From: Tubulanus polymorphus
Lineage: Eukaryota; Animalia; Nemertea
Direction of reading: 5' to 3'
NCBI RefSeq assembly: GCF_964204645.1
Contig: NC_134032.1
Span: forward strand, 7,614,275-7,678,274
DNA: 64,000 bases
Every line of letters begins with the position of its first letter. Position 1 is the stretch's first letter. Position numbers and translations under genes: made by a program. Shown piece by piece: positions 54,775 to 64,000 of this stretch. A model generated the notes under the pieces. It worked only from the letters and a program-made list of their open reading frames with translations. It was not told the DNA's origin and did no database searches.

Positions 54775-57136
54775 CGGTTCCTGAACTTCGCTGAAAAAGC
54801 TGAAACACTGAAAAGCTGAAACGCTGAAATAAAAACGCTGAAATTTCAGGGAATTTCCGAAAAACGCCGAAATTTCAGGGAATTCCCGAAAAACGCTGAA
54901 ATCGTGCTAGGTACCGACAATACACGTTTTGAAATTTTTTCCGGGCCGGTGTCCGCTGACGAGTCCTGAACCGTGTTTTATGCTCTACCTTCGGTTACAG
55001 AGACATGCCTTAAGGTCGTCGTCATGATCGACTTGATCGATTGCGGATTGCGTGGATTGTTAGATGTGTTTTTTGCCATAGTTTTATGTGCATATACCGG
55101 TACGATCTAACAATGAAGTTATCACTTCATTTGAATAAATTCTTAATCACAGTAATATTAATTCACAATATTTTTTCTTATGTTTGGTGATTTCTTGCAA
55201 CTTATCATTGCCAAGTCTCATACAAGTAGTAGCTGAATGAAAGTACAGTTAGGCTGAACCTGATAACCCAAATTAAGTGCTAGCATGGAACTAATGATTA
55301 TTTTGATTCTATTTTCGGTGTCATTGAAATTCGTTAAGAAAGGTTCAACCGTCATAGTATACTGTTCTTTGCATTGCTACAATTGGGTGCCATATTTCTA
55401 CAATTTCTACAAGGAGGAAGGAATCTTTAAGTGTCTTTGTTCCCGGGTAGGTGGTTCACTTTCTCTTTCGACTTGCCGGAGACTACTATCTGCAATGTAT
55501 TGTATGCTTTGATGTGTCTGGCCTATAGGAGTCGAACGATATTTTTTTCCCATACACAGGCTTGGCTTTAGTGTAGATGAAGGCTAGGCACTGCACATTG
55601 TGGATTGACTGGAACTCTTAACTCACAAAATTAAACGAGTCAACAAGAAAGATCCAATAATTGGACATTTGTCTAACTATATTATTTAACAGCTTGAAAT
55701 AAAACATAACACATTCTGCAAGAGTATACAAAGGAAATCAGTTCTTACATTATATCAGAATCAATAGTTCGCTTAACTCTGGCTAGAATTCTGGTTCCAT
55801 TACTTCATATTCTAATGAAATCCACTAGTATACCTTAGAATATCGCTTAGCTTAAGACTAAAAATTTGGTACCAGGAAACAGGGAAGAAAAGTGGGTGTA
55901 CTGTACATCCGCAATTGACTTATTTCTCTCAGGTTGAATCAAGTTATTATTGAAATAGCATTCGAATAGCCATTTTATTTTTAAAAATTGTGTCGTTCAG
56001 CTATCCTGCTGCAAATTTCGCAGTTGAAGTTTACTGGTGCCATCTGATTTCTCAGTATCTCAAAAAATTTGCACATTCTAAGCCTGAATCTAAAAATAGA
56101 AAAAGGTGCATTTTAGTCGGATATAAAAGAATAGTGGCTAATGCACCCTGGACTATATAGCCTATGGGGTGGGCCTAGTTTGAAAGCACTGAGGTCCGAG
56201 AGAACAGCACTTAGTAAATAAATACTGAAATTAAACTTACAAAACACCCAGTACTTGAGATGATGTACTTGACAAGAAGTGTCACCAGCTAAGCAAATCA
56301 ACTCTGTCTATGACTCCTCCTTTTATAGATTCAGTAGTAGTCTAAAAATAAGAATCGGTACATTTTTCTAACAGTTGGTATGTCATTTCTTCAAAAAAAC
56401 TAATTATTATCACGCCACAGCAAATAAATTATTCACAGTTGTTGAATGGTTAGCCCGATTTAGATTAATTGGTTGACGCTAATCAGTATGACCCATACGT
56501 AGGGGCCTACTGCATGCCATTGGCGTCAATCCATTCCATTCCATTCCACAGTGAATTAAAAAGAAATTTAGTTAGATCCCTTTTGTCCAAAAGCTGCATC
56601 ATTTATATAACTAGCTGTCAAATTTAATTTACCTCCTTCAGAGAATACCATAGTGACATAGTCCGTCGCCCATCAACGTGTTGACAAAAGAAAAGTTGCT
56701 GCATGTTTTATACATGAACGTTCAAATAAGATATTTTGCGTCTTGCAGGGAATATTGAGCATAGTGTTTAAGTTGGCTTGCACGGTTTGTGAATGGGTTT
56801 TCCTAATTATGCTGCCTGTATGCATTAAAAATCCGGATTTCAAGCGAATTAATTTGTCCAACAAGTGGCCCTCTAGAAATATACTCCACACATACTGTCC
56901 ATGCATGTCTCTGTAACCGAAGGTAGAGACTAAAACACGGTTCAGGACTCGGCAGCGGACACCGGCCCGGAAAATATTTCAAAACGTGTATTGTTGGTAC
57001 CTAGCACGATTTCAGCGTTTTTCGGGAATTCCCTGAAATTTCGGCGTTTTTCGGAAATTCCCTGAAATTTCAGCGTTTTTATTTCAGCGTTTCAGCGTTT
57101 CAGTGATTCAGCTTTTTCAGCGAAGTTCAGGAACCG
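54775..57136. mobile_element. Non-autonomous long-TIR DNA transposon (Mutator- or Merlin-like)
   Basis: 234-bp near-perfect TIRs (54775-55008, 56903-57136) with internal GCTGAAA repeats; perfect 9-bp TSD GGAGCCAGT (54766-54774, 57137-57145). Confidence 0.92.
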
Positions 57137-57793
57137 GGAGCCAGTACCATAGTTGCGAGTTAGAGTCTATTCTACCAAGACTTTATGCGAAAAATGCACT
57201 TATTGATACGAAATTGTTCATTTTCACTGTTCCCTTCCATCATAATGAAGTCTGAGAAAATAAAATCATAAAAAAACATATTTTCATTTGCCCTCCCATT
57301 TCCTCACGAAAACAATCCGGACAACTCATAATTCAGTAAATGACGTCTTGGAAGGATATAGATCGGAGGTCAATGTAGAAAACGAAGTAAAGCAAAAACA
57401 AACGAACAAACAAATCATTCAAAACTTAAACATGGTCTACAGCCGTTCTGCCCCTCCACAAGGCAATATCTACAATGCAGCATCCATGTGTTTCTACCTC
57501 AAATCTCTACCTGGGGAGATATCAGTATGAAATCATTGCAATGAAATATACGAGTTCGTATATTTCTATCGTATATATATTTCTGACGTAGCTAATTATG
57601 TAAAATGAAAATGAAACCGGGTGAATAAAAAACTAACGAGGGATTAAAATTCAAACCAGTATCATCTACGGAAATAATTGCAGCAGCAAAACTTGCATAA
57701 CTCAAAATTGGATGAACTGTATTAGTGTTGAGTTGGTATTCGGACTAAGATTTCAATCATTTTTCTCATACGGTCAAGTTTATGTAGTTCAGT

Positions 57794-60700
57794 ATGGATT
57801 GACTGTTTTTTTGCGTCGCTGATCGTCTGGCGAATTAACATCGCGCACGCTGATCTGTCTGACTCCTTGACTATCAGTTCGTCTTGCAATGTGACGTTGT
57901 ACCCGGTCGATTCTACGTCCGGTTACATAGTTTCACCGAATTATCCGGCAATTAACGCGCGGTGTTGAATGTCGTTGGATCATCAATAGCTCATCACCCA
58001 GAGGGACTGTCAACATCAAACTACATGTATACCACGACATTGAGCCGTCAATATTCTGCGATGACAACTACCTTCTCGTCGTTGAGTCCGGCAAAAGATT
58101 CTGCAGTGATGGAGAACAAGAAATATTTCGTAACGATTCGATCTCGTTGATGCTTAAGAGTAACGTCGATGGTGCGCGAGGTAGTCGGGTTTTTATCGTG
58201 TATCGTTATGAGCGAATCCATTTGAATTTAAGACACGACTGTGTAAGAAGCTATTTTCTTGAATTGAGCAACATAAAAACATCGAAGGGGTACAAATATG
58301 CAATAACCAGATTGCAATGCCAACTCTATTTAGAATGGGTCGGACTTACAGATGATTACGCTCTGAACCTGACGTTCGTGGGAGTAAGTTTAAAGTTAAC
58401 CCATATTTTCGAATCGGTTTCGGTTAAGATTCGTGACGGCTGGAACACTAGCAGTGAACCCTTCGCCAACATACACGAACAAACTGGCCTACCAGCGGTA
58501 ACATTTTATACAAAATCCAACAAGGCAACCATCACAGGTTTAGCGCATCGTTTCATATTTCGTACACAATTATTAGTGCAAGTTTACAAAATATCTGATT
58601 GGAACGTCACTAATCCGTTAACTCAGATACTTGATAACGAGTCAGGAGTGCTCGTGCCCGAAGGCTCGAGTTTACACGTAATAACTCGATCAAAACATTT
58701 ACACTGCTGGTGTATCACAGTACAGGCGTTGCAGTACGTCATGTTCAACTGGACAACTGTTCTCGTCACTCCAAGTGACGTGATCGGTGTCTATAAACTG
58801 GAAGGGTTACGAGTTGTGGGAAATGATATTTTACTCGGTTTTAACTATCTCGAATCGCTTAGCGCAAAGTCAGACAGCTTTCTCGTCATACTGTGCGTTT
58901 TGATAAAGGATGAACTTGTGATCAAGTCTCGGATAGAAATATATTTCAAAATGGAATCGTCTTCGATGGCGAATTTTAATTTTTTGTCGATGTCAGTAAG
59001 TACATTAATATATTCGAATGTAGGGAAAAAATCTCGAAATCTTTTAAACATGCACATATCAATTTCTAACGAATTTGTATTTTTCTCGACAGCCTGTGAC
59101 ACAATTTCCACTTTTCATAACGTTCGACAGGAGAAAAAATCCGACAATAACGTATCGCGTGTATAGAATAATGTTCACATTGAAAGTCGATATTAACGAT
59201 AATGATTTACGCATGTTGGTTTCATCGGAGAATTGCGAGCAAGCCGTATTTTACATTTTTGATGGTGGCAATTTGTCGGCTAGTCGCTACGGACCGTATT
59301 GTCCTGGTTCAATTAGGTATGACCATAACATCGTTAGTCTCATTTCATCAGGTGGTCCGATTACATTGGTTGTATACGCTTTCAAATGGGTCGGACAGTT
59401 ATTGGAAAATAAAAATTACGAGTCTATCCAATTTCGACCAACAGACTGTACGGGTACACGCTACTGGACGGTGAACGTCAGATCAATACGACATCGCACT
59501 GCGAAGTAATTACACCTAAAAATCGTCGCCTGCCCTTAAAGAACATCCGTATTCTATCAGAACACGAATATCAAATTGACAGATGTTTTCCTCGAAATTG
59601 GCGATCGCCGTGTAGCAGATTTATAGTTTTAAATAATCAGTTTCTGAATAGTGGTCTTGTATTGATCAATGTGACTTTAAAAGGTGACAACAGGTTCCGG
59701 AAGTATCCACTCATAGTTAAACTACGTCGTAAATGCCTAGGTTTGAAGAGAGTAGAGGCCCTCGGTATTGGAACAAAATTTTTCCAGTCCAATAATGAAT
59801 GTGGACTCGTGCAGTCACCGAACTATCTGGGAGTCGCGGGCATCTTTGTGCGATCTCAAATCTATAGCTTTCAAGCTGTAGCGTTAGGAAATGCCAAGAA
59901 ATACATATATTACAGGTTTGTCATCAAATATATAGAAAAGACAATGTGCTCAAAAAGATTTCCAACAGATAAAGATCCGATCACCTACAGTCAAACGATT
60001 GGTTACGTACACCGACAACAACTTGATCAGAGGATCTGTATCACTTATTATCCAATACTCGGTAGCATAATTAACAGTCTAGACGATAGCAATGTCCTTT
60101 TCGTTGTAAGAGATCATATCCCAACCTTCCAAATACAATATACTTTAGAAGAAGCATCACAGATCAAAGGTAATCGCTGTAAATCGGGATTTTTTGATAC
60201 TGGATTTTCGTGCGTCACATACATTAAATCTGAACGTCTGAATTGGGAGAATGCCGAATTGTACTGTAGACGAACGTATGCGGGAAATCTTCTCAGTATC
60301 AACTCGGAACAGGAAATAATTGCTGTAAAAAGATTATTTGCTACGAACCTTCTGCAAGCTGCGTATTTACAGAAAGCGCTCATAATAATGATTGGATTGA
60401 AACCGCAGGTAAATTTGATTTTGCAATTCTTTAGTATTCCGTGTGAAGCCTCAAGCACTCAGCATTGTGTACACATGTTTGATTATCTTGCAGGCCCAAA
60501 ACGAAGAGTAAATAGGCAAAAAGTACCCGTCCCTAAAACACAATTCTAAAATGTATGTAATCAAGGGGAATGCCCCTTTACATCTATTCCAAATTGATGC
60601 ACAGAAAGCCCTAATTGTTTATCTTTTTTCATTACAGTCAGATACTTCTGGTTAGTACGCATGGACTGATGGTATTGAGCTACACAGAGTGGTATAGACC

Positions 60701-63700
60701 TACGAATAACGAAACGATACCAGATGTTATCCAAGGATTGATACCCCTTCGTAGGAAACAACCGATCAATGACGCCAATATGCCGTGTACGGCGATGATT
60801 CTGAATAATCCACGAGGATCTGCAAACTGGGTTCGATTCCCATGTAAAATCGAGGAGGTTCACACAACTTTCGTTTGCGAATCGGACTACAATGATAATA
60901 AGCAAGTGGACAATGTAAAAACCTTTATCAATAAAACCAAGGTAACCGTTAAAACTAATAGAATGCCAGACGCCATCTATTTAAACTCAACGTGCACCCG
61001 GGATTGGCTAGGTTTAGCCAGGAGGTGTTACCAGATACTAACAGAATGGAACAAACAGCAAGGTTTGGATATCAAAACAGCGACAAAGATGTGTCACGCT
61101 ATTGGCGGTGAAATAGCTACGATCACTTCTTTGGCGGAAAAAGAAAATGTTGTGAATGATTTGATCACTAGGTTTAGCTATCAATACCAATATGGCGCTC
61201 TAATAGTACTGAATGGAAGAAACAGATTTAGAGAGATACGGCCATCACTCACAAGGGATGAAATCACGTATATTAATTCATTGGTTTGGTCAATTCGAAC
61301 GATTGACAACGAAGCAGAAATAGGTGTTGTGCATTCTGTTTTGTGTTCCTATAATGTTACTGATGAAGACTTAACTTCTATAAAAGGTTGCAAATTGTGG
61401 CAGTTTCAATGTAGCGACGGAAGATGTATCAGCAACCATCGTGTGTGTGACACTCGACACGACTGTCAAGGCGATGAAGATGAACTAAATTGCACGGATT
61501 TACATCTGTACAGTCAGTTCAGTTGTAACGATGGATGGGTCGTATCAATAAGCGGATTTTGTAACTTCGTAAAGGACTGTTCGGATGGTTCTGATGAGAC
61601 CACATGTTTCCATACTTGGTGTCTCAATGACCAATACCGATGCTATAATGGTCAATGTGTTGATGTGTCAAATAGATGTGACAGAGACACCAATTGTTAA
61701 GACGGCTCCGATGAAATGGGATGCGCTGTTGAACTATGTCAGGGGTTCAGGTGCAACAACAGAGAATGTATCAGCTCCCAGTTTTATCAGGATGGCGTCG
61801 TTGATTGCAGCGGAAGCCTCGAAGAAGATGAATCAGTACATACTACTAATGTTACAGTTACGCCTATAGTTCAGTGCAATAATGAGAATCACTGTAAGAC
61901 TAATTTCACAAACCTGTGCGCGGAACCTGATGAACAAAGATGTTCTTTTAATTCCCTGCATTGCTATTCTAGACGTCACAGATGTATTTTAGAAAGGTTG
62001 ACAAATGATTACCCAGCTTTTAGAAATTTGGAGCACTTATTGAGATGTGAAGAATTTGAATGTCCAGCTGGTACTGTAAAATGTACAGCATCGTATTGTA
62101 TACCTATCAGACAGGTGCGATGGTCGATCTGATTGTCCCAATTCAGAAGATGAGCAAAATTGCGAGACATTGTCATGTCCAGGAATGTTTAAGTGTGGCC
62201 ACGAAAATCGATGTATTCCACAATCCGAGGTTTGTGATGGAATTGTACATTGTGAAATTACTACTGACGACGAGGCTTTCTGTAACGTCACGTGTCCTAA
62301 CCGTTGTAAATGTCAAGGACACTCTGTCGACTGTAGAAATGTTGGTCTCACTGATATCAATGACCGTATCACTATATCAACTCGACTTTTAATGTTGTCA
62401 AATAACAGAGTTATTTTCAATGTGTCGACGTTTTCTTCCTTTGTTTACCTTCGTATGCTCAACATTTCCTTCAATAGATTATCCTACGTTTTGCCCAATT
62501 CGTTCTCCAACCTGCGTAACCTACGCACGTTAGACCTTACGTACAATAATATAACATCCATATCCGCGATTACATTCTTCGGTTTGAATAGTTTAAAGAA
62601 ACTGCTCATTACAGGAAATCCAATTCAGTATTTAGAAGAAGGTAGTATTTATGGTGTAAAGTCACTGCTAACGTTTGATCTTCATGGATTGAGCATTTCG
62701 GTACTTGGCGCAAATGTAGTCAAAGGCCTATCCTCAATAATTTCATTGAATATCAGCAGCAATAGAATCAACTTCATATCTAAATATGCTTTCTCCAGTT
62801 TAAACGAACTCGAGTATCTCGATTTGGCCAATAATTCAAAGTATATTTCAACTGAGAAATCAATTTTCCACAACCTGACATCATCAGTCTTCCTTAAATC
62901 TGACGCTTACAAATTTTGCTGCATGGCTCCGAATGTCGACCGCTGCCTTCCCGAAGCTGATCAATTTTCCTCTTGCTCTGACCTGATGGGTAACTCAGTC
63001 CTCAGAGCAATCATCTGGGTCATCGCTGCGTTCAGTTTCTTCGCTAACAGCATTGTCGTTTTGCTTCGCTTTCAACTTTCATCATCCGAAACGCGCAGCA
63101 GATCTTCTGACATCCTCGTCATGAATCTTGCAGCTTGTGATTTCCTAATGTCAATATATTTGTTTTTGATCGCGGGAGCCGATAAAGTTTATGAAGGCGT
63201 TTATTTCCTACATTCTGAAATTTGGACAAGTAGTTCGTTGTGTCGTGTTGCCGGTATTTTAGTAACTGTTTCTTGTGAAGGCTCTTTGACATTCCTGCTC
63301 GTTCTTACACGTCAGCGATACTCGATTGTAATTGATTTATTTTCCGACCGTTTTTTCGCATCCCCAAAACACGTCAGCGGTTGTTTTTGCTGGCTTATTT
63401 TAAGTTTAATTTCTCTTTTACCGCTTTCACAATTGCTGTACTTCGGTCAAGATTTCTATGGCACTACCGGAGTTTGTTTACCTATGAATTTTCTGACAAA
63501 TGGCGTTCACGCCTGGCAATATTCTCTGGGTATTTTTGCTGTGTCAAACTCGGTCATACCTGCTACGATAATGGTGACTTACGCACAGATGTACAGACTC
63601 GTTTCTGGGAGCAGGTCCAGCTCGGGAAGAATTAATCCTACCGAACTAGTTTTGGCGCGCAGGAAATTGGTGATAAATCTTTCTAATCTATTTTGCTGCC

Positions 63701-63879
63701 TACCAATAATTACCGTTCAGTTTTGCGCGGTGTTTCGAGTAGAAATACCGAATTAGGTGGCGGCTTGGTTGGCGGTTCTTTTCTTGCCCATCAACTCGTC
63801 CATCAATCCCATTCTTTACACTATACTGACTATTGATTTGAAGTCCATACAAGCAAAATATAAACGTCATCGACAGTAA
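57794..63879 (+). pseudogene. GRL101-like leucine-rich-repeat GPCR (CUB - CUB-like - 2 C-type lectin - ~6 LDLa - LRR - 7TM), disabled
   Basis: SGYIVSPNYP...ECRWII CUB; VFYIFDG..YGPYC; LNWENAELYC...LLSINS..E and WTDG lectin motifs; LDLa repeats (DCSDGSDE); LRRs; FSSCSDLM hinge; NLAACDFLM, TGVCLP, LPINSSINPILYT. Stops at 57800, ~60653, 61698, 63754, several frameshifts; one clear intron 60409-60637. Confidence 0.9.
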
Positions 63880-64000
63880 ATTACCAAAATATGGCCTAGG
63901 CGGTTCGACGCTCGCAAACCCCCCTAGGATACGTTTTTTAGACAGAGAAGCAACTACGGAACAGCTTTCTCTTCAAAAATAACGGAGTTTAAAAAAAAGC

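Noticed and set aside
54955-54975. CTGACGAGTCC resembling a hammerhead core
   Set aside because: No GGAC-GAAA partner; the opposite TIR has a different base there.

Overview
AT-rich eukaryotic DNA with GT-AG introns, most consistent with a marine invertebrate (probably lophotrochozoan; inferred, not determined). Host genes: a secreted phospholipase A2 (4 visible exons, 122-3097), an astacin metalloprotease remnant (19095-19913), an intact 10-exon SLC22 transporter (44709-50425) and a near-intronless but disabled CUB/C-type-lectin/LDLa/LRR GRL101-like GPCR (57794-63879). The rest is nested mobile DNA: a CACTA-type transposase relic, Maverick/Polinton fragments (penton-like, integrase, packaging ATPase) with a solo LTR, a Chapaev-like DDE transposon, a CR1/L2-group LINE, Gypsy and DIRS fragments, Helentron-like repeats, tRNA-SINEs, MITEs, and a Penelope-type hammerhead ribozyme in the PLA2 intron. 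The best candidate for an undescribed system is the LINE: its ORF1 starts with an HPD-containing J-domain (Hsp70 co-chaperone module) followed by a PHD finger, coiled coil and SGNH esterase. All calls are by eye and need database confirmation.
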